From NCBI RefSeq assembly GCF_006345805.1, contig NW_021833726.1, positions 1,172 to 65,171 on the forward strand: a stretch of DNA of 64,000 nt, given 5' to 3'. This DNA comes from Octopus sinensis. Lineage: Eukaryota. The position numbers and the translations under genes are program-made. Position 1 is the stretch's first letter. Each line of letters starts with the position of its first letter. This document shows, piece by piece, positions 1-13,624 of the stretch. The notes beneath the pieces are model-generated. The model saw only the letters and a list, made by a program, of their open reading frames with translations. It was not told the origin of the DNA and made no database searches.

Positions 1-41
1 GAATTGCCGCTCAGCATTTTGTCCGGGGTGCTAACGATTCT

Positions 42-252
42 TTTCTACTCTTGGCACAAGGCCCGAACTTTTTGGGGAGGGTCCAATCGATTAGATCGAC
101 CACAGAACGCAACTGGCATTTAATTTATCGATCCCGAAAGGATGAATGGCAAAGTCGACCTCGGCGGAATTTGAACTCAGAGTGTAAAGACAGACGAAAT
201 ACCGCTAAGTATTTCGCCTAACGTGCTAACGTTTCTGTCAGCTCACCGCCTT
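42..252 (-). mobile_element. tRNA-derived SINE (Octopus OK/OR-like) with 17-bp TSD
   Basis: A box ggcggtgagctgacagaa, B box gagttcaaattcc, central gcc(a/t)ttcatcctttcggg domain; TSD at 25-41 and 253-269. Confidence 0.9.
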
Positions 253-666
253 GGGGTGCTAACGATTCTGCCAAGTTGCTATCTTCATAAGACCTGAGAT
301 ATTAACAGATCAAAAAGTTATGAAAATAAAAAGGCAAACTAAAACCTTAAATATTTGACACATTGGCCTTTTAAGTCTCCTGGCATTCACTTGTTATGCA
401 CTTGTTAACAAACAAACAAACAAGAAAAAACAACGGATAAAAACAAAATAATAAAAGAGGACTCTAGCATCACGCGCAAATTATGCAAACATTGCAATGA
501 AATAGAAAACCACCACTTCGATTATGGGTGCTCAACTCTTGCAAAGGCAAAGGCAGGATGTAATCGAGTCGGTGGATACATCCATTATGTATTATGTTGA
601 CGACTAGACGTTAAAACGGAGAATTGGAATAAACGTATTATACAAGTTGTCAACCATCTCACTGTA

Positions 667-870
667 TCGGCGAGCTGGCAAAATCGTCAGCATGCCAGAC
701 GGCAATTTGTCCGGCTTTATGCTCTGAGTCCAAATGCCGCTGAGATCGAATTTATCTTTCATCCCTTTCGGGAACGATAAAATAAGTACCAGTTGAGCAC
801 TGGGTTCGATGCAATCGACTTACTCACTTCCTTGAAAACGCTGGCCTTGTACCAAATTTGAAGCCAATAT
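667..870 (+). mobile_element. tRNA-derived SINE, same family
   Basis: ggcgagctggcaaaatcg..tctttcatccctttcggg..aataagtaccag. Confidence 0.85.
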
Positions 871-1266
871 CAATTATAGGTATTGTCATTTTACTTCTTA
901 TAATTTCTCAAATCTACACGAGGAGATTTGAGAAATTTCAAAGACTAAAATGACATGTGGGTGGAATTAGGAGCCGTCTTCAGAAATTAATGATCTTATT
1001 TTGTAATTTCTTCTAGCACAGAATTCTGTAACCTGAGTTCTGCAACGCGGGCTACACTTATCAAATACTCTTCACACCGAATAAATAAAACACTAAAAAC
1101 CAATCAAATATATCCTTCAAGAAAATAAAACCTGTTCAGAATACAAATAACATTCATCAAACCAAAAAAGATAATGTTCACACCTCAGGAGCTGGAAATT
1201 GCACCTATACAGGTATTAGAAATTCGCATCAATCTTTCAAATATACGACTGCAATACTAATTCACT

Positions 1267-1445
1267 GGCGGAATCGGTACCACACCAGACAAAAACCATA
1301 GTGGCATTTCTTCTAGCTTTTGCACCCTGCGTTCAAATGTCACCACGGTCAACTTTGCACTTCATTCTTTGGGATCAATAAAACAAGTGCCAGCCGAGCA
1401 TTAGAATCGATATTTTCGATTAACCCCGTCCCCCACTTGCCTTTC
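1267..1445 (+). mobile_element. Decayed SINE
   Basis: gttcaaat..ggtcaactttgc..cattc. Confidence 0.6.
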
Positions 1446-1777
1446 TCACAAAATTTCAGATTTGGGCCCATAGTAGAATGCATATTGGTATATTTTTAAA
1501 CTATTAAAAATGATGCACAAATACTAACTCTAATCTCAGAACTGCCAGAATTCTTCGCAGGGTTCTTGAAGTATGACCAGTAAACAAATGTCACCTTAGT
1601 CTGCTGACTGTGGACAGCTGACACTTTCCATCATACCCAGCAAAATAAGCTGTGAGTTTTTAACACATCGTTTCTGAAATTTAGGGGGGGGCAGTCGATT
1701 ATATCGACCCCAGTGTGTCACTGGTACTTAATTTATCAACTATCGAGTAAACAAAGCAAAGTCGATTTCAGTGGAAT

Positions 1778-1781
1778 AATG

Positions 1782-1857
<76 letters not shown>

Positions 1858-1978
1858 GACGAAGAAGAAGAAGAAGAAGAAGAAGAAGAAGAAGAAGAGA
1901 AGAAGAAGAAGAAGAGAAGAAGAAGAAGAAGAAGAAGAAGAAGAAGAAGAAGAAGAAGAAGAAGAAGAAGAAGAATCA
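1778..1978. repeat. Compound (AAT)n(AAG)n microsatellite
   Basis: Direct reading. Confidence 0.97.
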
Positions 1979-2170
1979 TTTCTGAAATTTAGGGGGGGGG
2001 CAGTCGATTATATCGACCCCAGTGTGTCACTGGTACTTAATTTATCAACTATCGAGTAAACAAAAAGCAAAGTCGATTTCAGTGGAATTTGAACTCAGAA
2101 CCTGAAGACAGACGAAATACTGCTAAGCATTTCGCCCGGCGTGCTAACGATTCTACCAGAACTCTGCCTT
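1979..2170 (-). mobile_element. SINE whose 3' 107 bp is duplicated at 1671-1777
   Basis: Reverse head ttgaactcagaa..gtgctaacgattct. Confidence 0.85.
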
Positions 2171-2208
2171 AATAACAACAACAACAACAATAACAATAAT
2201 AATAATAA

Positions 2209-2990
2209 AAAGAGAGAGTACCTGCGGCGAGTGAGAAAAATATTGGCTTCAAAGCTGAATGCCAGAAACATAATTTCGGCAATAAACTCGCGCGCAGTCG
2301 CAGTAGTTCGGTATGGCGCTGGAATCCTGGAGTGGAGAGAAGAGGAACTAAAGGAGATGGAGAGCAAGTCGAGAAAGCTCCTAAGGATCCATGGAGCCCA
2401 TCATCCACGTGAAGACACTGGTCGTTTATACATGAAAAGAACAAATGGAGGAATGGGACTGATAAGTGTGGAAGACTGCGTACGTATTGAACTCGAGAGA
2501 TTACTGAGATATCAAACCCTAAGTAAGGAAACCTTACTAATGTCAGTTAGGAGCGAGGACGTATTGAAAGCAGAGAAAAAAGGGAAAACAAAGAAAGAGG
2601 TACAAAAAGGACATGAAGAAGAATTACGCAAGAAGGGACTAAACAATCAATTCCATGTACCCACAACAGAAGTTTCTGGAAAAAATAGGTGGGATTGGCT
2701 GATAAAAAGAACCCTAAATAAAGAGACCGAAAGCACTATACTGGCAGCGCAGGACTTAGCTCTGGCCACGAGCTGAAGGGTCAACCTGAAGAATGAGAAA
2801 GTCTCTCCGCTGTGTCGCATGCCCCTTTGAACCACAAATAATTAAGAAGGAAGGCGAAAAGATAGATAGATACACCACTCTTAAGTACGAAATAGTCAGG
2901 TTATAGAAATTGAAGAAAGAGAAAATAGTACCAATTATTGTTGGATCCTTCGGAATAGTATGAAAAGGCATCAAGAGGAATATAAAAAAA
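2209..2990 (+). mobile_element. R4/Dong-clade non-LTR retrotransposon, 3' fragment (RT thumb plus deleted REL end)
   Basis: RYGAGILEW, HPREDTGRLYMKRTNGGMGLISVEDC, KETESTILAAQD, LKYEIVRL*K...VPIIVGSFG; preceded by (AAC/AAT)n. Confidence 0.88.
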
Positions 2991-3935
2991 GATTCTACCA
3001 AGAACTTGGCAAAAATAAAATAGACATCAATGCAACAACAACAGCAGAAGTGGAAGAATTTTGGAAAGAAATATGGTCGGCGAAGGGACAACTTCAGAAA
3101 AGGTCTATCAAAACATGGAACTCAGCGCCTGAACAACTCTGGACCCCTACTGCAACTGAGAAGGTCACCCAGGCACTGCAAACACTAAGCAACTGGAGGG
3201 CATCGGGCACGATAAGAACCCCAGCTTCAGCTTAAAATATCTGACAGGAACACAGGAAAGCTGGCTGAGAAATTTAATGACATACTAGCATGGCCAGAAA
3301 CAATGCCTGAATGGCTCTCGAAAGGGAAAACTATCCTAATTTCCAAATCCTCTGAAACAGCAAACCCACAAAATTACAGACCAATAACTTGTCTCCCTAC
3401 AATTTACAAAGCATTTACTGCAATAATGTTGCAGAGAATGAGCAAGCATCTGGAAGAAAACAACATGTTTCCAGAAGAGGGGAAGGGATGCTGCAAGGTT
3501 TCATGCGACTATAAAGATCAACTAACGATCAATAAAACCATAACTGAAGACAGCCGCGGATCGGTTACCGAAAGGCTTTTTAACAGTATTCCCAACACAT
3601 GGATCCTAGAAACACTAACCATGAACAAGGTAGCACCAATAATCATAAAATATATAACGCACTCTATGAATAAATGGCAGATAGTGCTACAGCTTCAAAC
3701 AAAAATGGGACTCATAAAAACCAAAGCCATCCCAAATTAGAAGAGGAATATTCCAGGAAGACGGGCTCTCTCCATTCCTTTTCTGCTTGGCACTGACACC
3801 TTTATCTGACATGCTAAACAGAATACAGTAGCCATAAGAGCATCACAGTAAACCACAGCACATACCCAAGGCACACAGAGCTGCACTCAGTAGTACAGTG
3901 GAAGCATGTTATAAAAATATGAGTACTGAATAATG
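2991..3935 (+). mobile_element. R4/Dong-clade element: RT N-terminal domains joined to 3' UTR (internal deletion)
   Basis: PEWLSKGKTILISK, NYRPITCLPTIYK, DQLTINK, frameshifted GIFQ(E)DGLSPFLFCLA; 3' UTR matches 33140-33240. Confidence 0.88.
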
Positions 3936-4016
3936 TAGTATGAAGCAGTGGTCCTCATGGCTTTTGATTTTAACTGTTGTTATGTAAATGTTTTGCCTTA
4001 GTGTAAAAAAACAAAA

Positions 4017-4484
4017 CACGGGCTACAGCAAATATTCTGCTCAATACCAGAGATTTACTTGTCAGTTGCTTGACCTTAACCAGTTGAGCATGTCCTTTGT
4101 TGGCTGACGATATGTGCATCTCTGATCATGAGCAGAAGTAGTGGGGGAGCAAACGTAGCCAATGTGCCGAGAAGGGTTCTTTGGAGTTAGAATATTTCAC
4201 CTTTGGAAACATTCATCATCCTTAAAACAACCCTTTATTCAAGGACCTTTTGAGCAGGATGGGCTACTCAACCTGAAGAAAACTCTAACTGGGCCCCACC
4301 TGCTAGATCATGCGCTGCATATCTTGATATGACATCACCATGTTGCGCACATATGGTTGTGATATTGTACCCTTATTAGATGGGTAGTCTAATAATGGCT
4401 GTTGTACCCTTTTAAGATGGGTAGTCAAGATGGGTATATTGGGCTTTGTATATTTGTACCGGCATGCGTTGCTCTCTCACTCAA
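4017..4484 (+). mobile_element. ~470-500 bp (TAA)n-tailed repeat family without tRNA head (copies also at 32535-32985 - and 58731-59320 -)
   Basis: Three homologous copies ending ctctctcactcaa followed by microsatellite. Confidence 0.75.
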
Positions 4485-4661
<177 letters not shown>

Positions 4662-5119
4662 CCACGGATGCCTGTTCAGACTGACAAGGAGATCAAGGTA
4701 AACCGTACAGAAATAATTATAAACAACTGGAACAGCTCTTCATAATTATTTCCTATATACTAAGTTCTATGATATACATCTTGGTCCTCTCTATATCCAA
4801 TATTTGCAACGAAGACATTGAAGAGGCATTTGAAGTACAAAAGAATTTAAATAGAATTATGTAGAAAGTAGAATATGAAAGTAAATATACTGTAAAATAT
4901 GACAAGATATGTGGTGTAATTCACAATCGCGTATTTGGCAATTTTGACTCACAGTCCACTTTTACAGAACCCATCCGACAATCATATGCACAGTTACCAA
5001 CCGATAAAATTCAACATTACCTTCACAGCCAGAGAATCATACCAATAATAAAACTTAACATTAAATTTGAAATCTTTCTGAAGTGACTTTACACATTGTT
5101 ATTTAATATTCTTAATTAA

Positions 5120-5518
5120 AAGGTGGCGAGCTGGCAGAAACGTTAGCACGCCGGGCGAAATGCGTAGCCGTATTTCGTCTGTCGTTACGCTGTGAGTTCA
5201 AATTCCGCCGAGGTCGACCTTGCCTTTCATCCTTTCGGGGTCGGTTAAATAAATACCAGTTACGCACTGGGGTCGATATAATCGACTTAATCCGTTTGTC
5301 TGTCCATGTTTGTCCTCTATGTTTTTAGCCCATTGAGGGTAGTAAAGAAATAGGTATTTCATCTGTCCTTATATTTCGAGTTAAAATTCTGCCGGGGTCG
5401 ACTTTGCCTTTCATCCTTTAGGGGTTGACAAATTAAGTACCAATTGCGTCCTGGGGGTCGATCTAATCGACTGGCCCCCTCCCTAAAAATTTAGGGCCTT
5501 TTTCCTAGAGAAGAAAAG
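5120..5518 (+). mobile_element. Dimeric SINE (full copy plus 5'-truncated copy) with shared TSD
   Basis: Two central domains; TSD aatattcttaattaa / aatattcttgattaa. Confidence 0.88.
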
Positions 5519-6125
5519 AATATTCTTGATTAAATTTTGTTTGATATGGAACAGTTGTAAAAATATCTTGGTGGGTGAGCGAAAGGGATCGGTTGGAGAG
5601 CCAAGTCATTTGTGGGGGATGTGGTGGCCTTGATGACTAGTTGCTTTTAATAGTGGTCATCCGTAGCATCACCGTTCTTTGTGTATAGCAAGATATTGAT
5701 TTTCTCTTTTACTTTTTAACCGATCAGTCAGTCCACTCGGTCAAGCAGTGCAGATTATACAGAATCGTATCACACAATTACAAATACAACCACACAAATA
5801 CCCCGAGCGTAGCGACTAATATTCTCTGGACGACTACCACCGAATACAATACAATCCCAAGCTTTACGTATTCCATGCAATCAACACCCGACACAAAAAA
5901 CAAACAACAGTTCAAAATAATACAGCACAAAGAGGAGAGTTACTGAAAAATCATCGGAAACAACGAAACAAATGCACATCAGAAGAAAAGCATTAATGCA
6001 GTACACGCCACAAAAATGTACACCCGGGGTAAAATATAAACCCGTATAATCATTGTACAATGATAATATATACAACGATAAACCAATGTAGGTATTGCGC
6101 GCACATTGTTGAGTAAAATTCATTT

Positions 6126-7497
6126 CACTGCCCCACTCGCTTTACGAATGTAATGCGTTCCTGGAAATCTGGCGTAACGCGAAATCCCGTAATGCGAAAT
6201 TCATTTTCCTATTGATTTTCATATTTTCAAGTGAGATTGCTTTCTTATAGACTCTAATGAAAAAATGAATAATTAAAAAGCACAAGAAAGCAGAGAAAAA
6301 GTAACATGATCATCTTTATATACGAAAATAATTATTTCTAAATATACGCATAACAAAATACAAATACATAAAGACACAAAAACACTTAAAGAGGAATAAG
6401 TTAGGGGATTAATGAGGATCATAATATCGTAAGAGTACTACGTCCTTACCACAAAAGATGTTGACTACTGAGTGAGGGATGGTGGTAGAATGAGAATTAG
6501 TAGGAGGATGAGGGACAATATTTTCTATCTTATTGTTGTTCATTATCACGAATGCCAGCTTGAAGGTTGAAGCACACATCTGGAATTATTTGTTGTTTAC
6601 GACGCATCGTCTCTTTGTACAGTTCAGTAGAGGAACTGAGCTTATAGCAAACTCCTTGCATTTTACATTAGCAACTTGGATCGTTATCAAGTTTTAAAAC
6701 TTGGTTTCGATTTTTCTTCTCAAGAAATAAAAGTTCTAGCAGGCATACGCTTCCAGAAAAGTATACCTGCTCAGGTGTGTAACCCACTTTCAAGCAAGCA
6801 TTTTCTTTAATTATCCAGGATGAATTGTAACAACCTCTACATCAACACTCGCTGATTCACTAATCATTTTATGTTGTGAAAGTTCATGTGTTTTTTAAAC
6901 TTGCCTTTACAAGTCAAAAAAGGTTTTCCATTAGAAGTTTCACCTTCCAATTTCTGCAAATCCTTATTTAAACTTTTAACTCTTTTTTCTGAATTATCAT
7001 CGTGTTTATTGGAACAATGCACTGATTTTGATCCTCAATTCAAAGTTCGTTCCATTTAAGGTTTCCGTTTGATTCTTGGGAAAATAAGGTCCGGACAGTC
7101 AAGGGAGTAGCTTCTTCAGCACTCGACATAATTTTCTCTCTGTTGTCACATATTGTTCCCACTGTAGACATTCAATACTTAACGCTTTTGCAATAAAACT
7201 TACTTTTACTTCCACATCAAATCTTTCTGAAACATCAAATCTTTCTGATCCAGTGTAATCCTTTTTACTGTTCCGTTTCCCAGGTCAGCCTTCAGTTCTA
7301 CTTCATAGATTCTTTCGAGTCATCGTAAATTGAAAGCAAATCCAACAGCCGCGGCGGCAATCAATTATCCACAACAAATAAAGAAAATTGGCCCAGATTT
7401 ACTTTGTGAGAGGAGAAAATTGACTTATCGCTATTGATGAGAATGTGATGAGAAGGGGAAGGACTGAAGGAGAGGAGGAAGTACTATATGATTACTG
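6126..7497 (-). mobile_element. Degenerate Tigger/pogo DNA transposon
   Basis: Minus-strand remnants KRITLDQK, NFHNIKMISESAS, GYTPEQV, (L)FWKRMPARTFIS*EEKS; Tigger-like terminal sequence at about 6126-6200. Confidence 0.7.
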
Positions 7498-7558
7498 TTA
7501 ACTGAAGGGGCACCAGACTTTGTAGACAATTCACCCCTTGAACTTCAGAGTTCAGACT

Positions 7559-7595
<37 letters not shown>

Positions 7596-7944
7596 ACACA
7601 CACACACACATTCATATATACACTCTCTTACCAGTTGGATTCAAAAGTTAATGGGTCGCATTGGTTTAGGTGTTAGTGTCAGTGGTCAGGTATTGGTGGT
7701 GTTGTAGTGGTTATATTGTTCTTGCTAATTGTATTGTTGTGGCTGTTTAGTCACGAGTCGATCGTCGTTGATCGAAGACCAAACACGTTTCATTCAACTT
7801 TTAAAATGCATTCAGATATCGATTATATATTTTTAAAAACTGAAATGGATTTCTTTCTTTTCTTCATACTACGTATTACTACTGGGGTTGTGTTGGAGGT
7901 TGACGATAGAAACACACATGCATACTTAAACACACACATTCATT

Positions 7945-8022
7945 CATATATATGTAATATATATATATATTATATTATATATTATATAATTATATATAAT
8001 TATATATATATATTATATATAT

Positions 8023-8075
<53 letters not shown>
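7945..8075. repeat. (AT)n microsatellite
   Basis: Direct reading. Confidence 0.95.
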
Positions 8076-8077
<2 letters not shown>

Positions 8078-9384
8078 TATTTACATTATATATGCATATG
8101 TTATACTTGTGCCTGTGTGTGTGTGTGTAATGTGATGATAGTTTTTCAAATCGTAAACGATATCCTTTTATCTTAACTAAAACGCATATGGTCATTGAGC
8201 TAAAAAGAAAGTGTAGTTTTAAACTACGCCATGCGAGTTTCTGTAAGAGCGAAAATTACAGACCGCATTCCGAAATTAATGGTCATATTTTACAAAATTC
8301 CGTGAACGCGAAGCCCTGTAAGCTGAGAATAGCCGTAACGCAGGGGATGTCTGCATATGCGTGCATACATGCCTCTGTGTGCGTGCATGCATGTTTATTT
8401 GTAAGCATACACGTGTATGCATATTTGTGTTTTCTAGTGAAAAGTGCGCTTTTATATAATGTGTCAGTCGTGAATTGACATTCATATAATCCGATTCCTC
8501 AACATGTGGAATTAGCTAAAGCAACCGCAAGGTATGAAGGAATTTTGAGATTTACCAAAATGCAGACACATTAACACACACACACGCACACGAACACATA
8601 CACACAGATAGACATTAGCACTTGTATTTAGTTCTATTACATTTTGTATTGAGCTTAATTTATCGTAACGGGACATAACCAACAGTAACGGTTTTAAAAC
8701 GGCGAAACCGTAAACCGAGACAACTAACGTATGCACATATAGAAACATTATAGCTTAACGATGTTTATATTTACAAACATTGTATAAACTCTTAAATCTT
8801 ATTCAAACACGAATGAACGCAAAACATGAAAGAAATGATGGGGAAAAACATTAACATATTGTCTGTAGATACATAACAAAGTATGAACTATTAAACTCAA
8901 TATCTTTATATATTCCTCTTCATCAGGAGAAAACAGAATATGGTTTCAAGTTCAAATTTATCCATTATTTTCTCTTGATGAAGAGGTATTAACTTCAAAA
9001 TATAGAAAATTAAGATGAACTGCGAACTGCTGGTCTGCCTTCTGCACTTCCAATTTCACTCATACATTTCAATTTGCGTTGTATTGGGTTTTGAACAATT
9101 TCAATTCAAAAGTTTGAAATCTCCATACATTTAAATTTTTTTTAATACTTTTAGAGAAAACAAACTTTAGACAGCGTACAAACATTTAAAGTGAAATATA
9201 TGCATGTTTATTGTGTTTTGTCAGTGTGATTGTTCACGAGGCTTCACTATTAAATGTGTGTGTGTGTGCGTGTGTTTGTGTGCGTGTGATATTTTGTATG
9301 TTCAGTATTTCTAACTTTTTGTGTTTGTATGTATATGGGGGAGGGGTGTCATTCCTTAAGATGACTCTCATAAGCATATAAACG

Positions 9385-9880
9385 CAAAAATTGGATTCAC
9401 TGGACAAAGGTATTTGGCGCCGCCGATATTTGAGCAGGAAGACAAACGTTCGGGTCTTCAATTCTCAGGTCCTTACTGCCTGGCTCTTTAGTTGTGAGAC
9501 TTGGGGCCATTAGGAGGCACCCGAGCTCTCTTGGTAATAGAACGCTTCGCAAGATTACGAGTTATCTTTGATCGGATTTCATAACCGAACCAACTATTTT
9601 ACTCAGAAACTGGGGCGTTAGATTAAGACTGGTTGTTCATGTTACTCGGTTTTCCGTGCTGGAAATAGAGAGTGCTCTATTCTCTGAGGATCCTACTGGG
9701 ATGACGGCTCGTGTTGATCGGCCACATGTCACGGGGTCGAAGCGGATGGACAAATATCTCGCAGAGATGGGGACAGACTGGGACACTGCTTGGTGGGTTA
9801 ACCGAGACAACCCGAAAAAACATCGACAAATGGTGAATACGCCGACGCGCTGCAACGGTGCATATCCCAATCAATAGCAG
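9385..9880 (+). mobile_element. RTE-clade LINE 3' fragment
   Basis: SLDKGIWRRRYLSRKTNVRVF..SCETW..VVHVTRF..RPHVT..MDKYLAEMG..NPKKHRQMVNTPTRC. Confidence 0.75.
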
Positions 9881-10217
9881 ATCATTTATTTCTGCAGATC
9901 AGTGTGTTTCTATGCGATCGAGCTGTTTCCACTTACCTCCCAGCTAAAGATGAGAGAGAGAGAGGGAGGGAGGATGAAAATATTGATTTTTCTAGGTTGA
10001 TGAAATAAGGAAAATATTCCAAATATTCCTGAGTTCAGAAATGTACTTGAATTGATTTATTTCAGTCCTTCTGATTCTTTATGATTCATGCTAAGAATCT
10101 CACAAAGCATATATTATTTAACTGAGGATGAGCCGTCAAAAGCACAAATATACAAAATTAACCTATCCACTATGGAAATAGCTTAATTTATAACTGCTTT
10201 GAATATTTTTGCAGTGA

Positions 10218-10490
10218 TGTGAGTTACGACGCCCTCTTGCGAGAAATAGACTGAACTGAGCGATTACAAATAGTAGCGGTGGGAGTGAAGTTTGTGTGTT
10301 TGTTCGAGTTGAGTTGGCAGTGAAGCCGGAAGGTGTCGGTTGGTTAGTTCATTATTTGTTTGTTGGTTCGTGAAGAGATTGTTGGATCGTTACGTTGTCA
10401 TCACGACTGCATCGTTATCTTGTTCACTGTTAAAAGACTGGTGCAGTGTATCTAAACCATCCGTCACAATATCGTGGCGGTTCCACGATT
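10218..10490 (+). mobile_element. Possible LTR plus decayed PBS
   Basis: TGTGA...TCACA ends (10218-10468) followed by atatcgtggcggttcc. Confidence 0.35.
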
Positions 10491-11724
10491 TTGGAGACGA
10501 AGGATACAACAATCTTAAAATAATTAATCTATGCCATTGCGAACGAAAACCCCCACTGAGAAGCAATCAACACGCCACGAAGCAGTGCATTCAATGAATT
10601 CCCTTTTCTTTTACACATCAAAAGTATAGAAGTCATATATTTACATTTATATATTTCTTTCACAGCCTAGCTTTTTATATCCAATAAAATTAAATAAAAT
10701 AATTTCTCAATAAGATACACATTGTAACTCAAATAAAATGTATCCAGATTTTACGTTGAAAATCAATCGCATAGCTGACTGATTCAATGACGATTCGTAG
10801 CATTGAATATGTGTACATAATATGTACACAAAGTTACAAATTGATCTTCGATCTTCAAACATTTTACTTTTAGTCAAGGTGGATATTTCTTGTAAGATTT
10901 CCACATACTTCTTTCTTCGCACCTTATATTATACATAATGTTTCTCTTCTTGCAATCGATAAGAGGATCCTATCTGCCTATAAGTCGGTAGACGTGATGG
11001 ATTTTCCTAAACTTGGTAGGTGTTTCCTAAACGTGACATCTGCTTACATTGTTACATCAAATTAAATGTTATTGTATCATGTACAAACCTTAGTTAACTT
11101 ATCTTTCCTAACAGCTCGTCAAGGCAGAAAGATCATATTATATTGTGGCATTTTAAAATAGGCCTTTAAACAGTTCTTTCGCCCCTTTATATAAGTTGGC
11201 TGTATCCCTTTTGTGTGTTGCGTGCGTGTTGCATGCAGAACATGAAATATATTTCCGCTGTTCACAAAGTTGGCGCTGTCAATGATAAATTAAGCATTTT
11301 AAGAATGTGGGTTTTGGTGGAATAATTCTGTAGAGCTGAGTTATTCCGACGTATAGTGAGATTTCTTCATGGGTTTCCAGTTGTGTGAGTGAAATGACAC
11401 AAATCTCTATCCGTGCTTAGATTTCTTGAAGAGAAATCCACCACAATAGAGCATAGAGGTACGATAGCTTGCAGGTTTATTCCTTTTTTGAACACACTTT
11501 ACCACGAGTAGCACTCTACACAAAGGACATTTTTTAACTTTCCTGTAGCCGAGTATCACTAAGCTCTTGCTGATAAAATCCAGAGTAATGAGTTGTGGTA
11601 TTAAGTGCGACTGGAAAAATGCTGCAGATGCAGATGCAAGGTGTATTTTCTTGGAAATACGTGCAGCTTTTAGAATAATTGTTTTTGCGATAAAACAATT
11701 ACGAGTGTGTGCGCGCGCATCTGC

Positions 11725-11772
<48 letters not shown>

Positions 11773-12819
11773 TATATATATGACTGTGTATGTGTGTGTG
11801 CAAACTAGTAATATATTGATGCATAATATATATATATATATGCATACATATGCATGTTTTACTCTTGCACCCGGATCCTTTTGGTCGGACATTAACTGTT
11901 CTGTATAATTTTACCCTAATACTTCCTTAGTTATTGCCCATCCTGTTACAGCCTCATTTACATACACATAGATTTGTGTGCATGTGTGCTTGTATAAACA
12001 CACACACACACACACACACATACACTTATATACAAATATATACTTACAGATATAATATATGTACACTTACATATATGTGCATAAATAAACACACGCACAC
12101 ACAAACGCTCACACAAACACACACACAAGCACACACATACACACATACGCATGTATATACTATTATCGTATCGAAGTGCATTAATGTTTTGTATCCTGTT
12201 ACGGAGATCAATATATTACATATATCAACTTGCAAATGAATATAGAGCATTTAGTGAAAGGAGCGGGGTTATTTACATTAATGGATCGATGTATTGTATC
12301 TAAGTGAAGTGATCGATAACGAGTATTGTAGTGAAAGGGATAAATGTATTAAATTTCACATCACGGACCGGGAAGACCACTTTACACGGACGGCCCAATT
12401 GACATCGTTCTAAATTTGGAAAAAAACCCATCGCATCATCAGTTAAGAACAAGTTTTTATATATTTGAAATAGAAAATTTGTTTCACACACAAGTGTCGT
12501 TGCTGGCATTACAAACACCAATTATGTTTACGCAAGAGAAAGTTGAGAAAATTGCTCAACTGCTTAGTGTTCTTTGGTGCAGAAGAGAAAAATAAAAAGT
12601 GGGAAGGCTAAAATGGTGTGGGCAATATCAAAAGGTGGATAATTATACGACTGGTGCTAGAAGAGGAAAGTAAATATAAGAATAACAACGAGGGTGAGAT
12701 GGATAGAGAGATATGAAGAAAGATAACGAGAAGATAAAGGAGTGAAAGAAAACAGGTACACAAGCACAAGAGCATATGCACACACACACATGTATGTGTG
12801 TATGCATGCAGGTATGTAT

Positions 12820-13100
12820 ATATGGATGGATAGGTGGATTGGATGGATAAATGTATGTATGTATGTTTGGATGTATGTATGTATGAATGTATACGTGTAT
12901 GTATGGATGGATAGATGGATGGATGGATATATGTATTTATGTATGTATGTATGTATGTGTGTGTGTATGAATGTATGAATGTATGTATGGATGGATAGAT
13001 GGATGGATGGATACATGTATGTATGTATGTATGTATGTATGTATGTATCTATGTATGTATATATGTATGTATGTATGTATGTATGTGTGTGTGTGTGTAT
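12820..13100. repeat. (ATGT)n/(ATGG)n compound microsatellite
   Basis: Direct reading. Confidence 0.95.
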
Positions 13101-13219
13101 CTTCCTGCCTGCCTGCCTATCTACCTGTCTGTCTATCTATCTATCTGTTTGTCTCGTTGTCAGTCTGTGAGGGTTTGTAGGTGTGTGTGGTGCGTGGTGC
13201 GTGTGCATATGTGTATGTG

Positions 13220-13367
13220 TGTTTTGGGTTCGTGGTATCTTGGGCAAGTGCTCTACTAAAGCTCGGACCAAAGCATTATGAGTGGACTTGCAGACTGAAA
13301 CAAAGAAGCCCGTCATATGTATATATTTATATATATACATATTTATGCATATATGTATATGTATATA

Positions 13368-13430
<63 letters not shown>

Positions 13431-13577
13431 CTCAATGTATATATATATGTATATATATGCATATATATATATAATGTATATATATATATATTATATTATA
13501 TATAATATATATATATATATATACATATATATATCATGTTATATATATATATGTATATATATGCTATATATATATAA

Positions 13578-13624
<47 letters not shown>

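Noticed and set aside
895-992. Minus-strand CUGAAGA...GAA followed by a 13-bp hairpin (hammerhead-like)
   Set aside because: Helix I does not pair, helix II is misregistered, and there is no (TA)n context. Only the 14-bp inverted repeat at about 902-938 is real.
1262-1310. Minus-strand MPLWFLSGVVPI resembling eag exon 3 (TPLWLLL.VAPI)
   Set aside because: It lies in a decayed SINE head, stops after a few codons, and has no usable splice sites.
2095-2135. CUGAAGA-CAGAC-GAAA in a SINE, and similar hits inside R4, mariner and maT coding remnants (2787, 3543, 28582, 40250)
   Set aside because: No helix I or III pairing; chance matches in sequence already explained.
12330-12420. Faint Tc1-like WxxRSP remnant or possible exon
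   Set aside because: Too short and degenerate to support either call.
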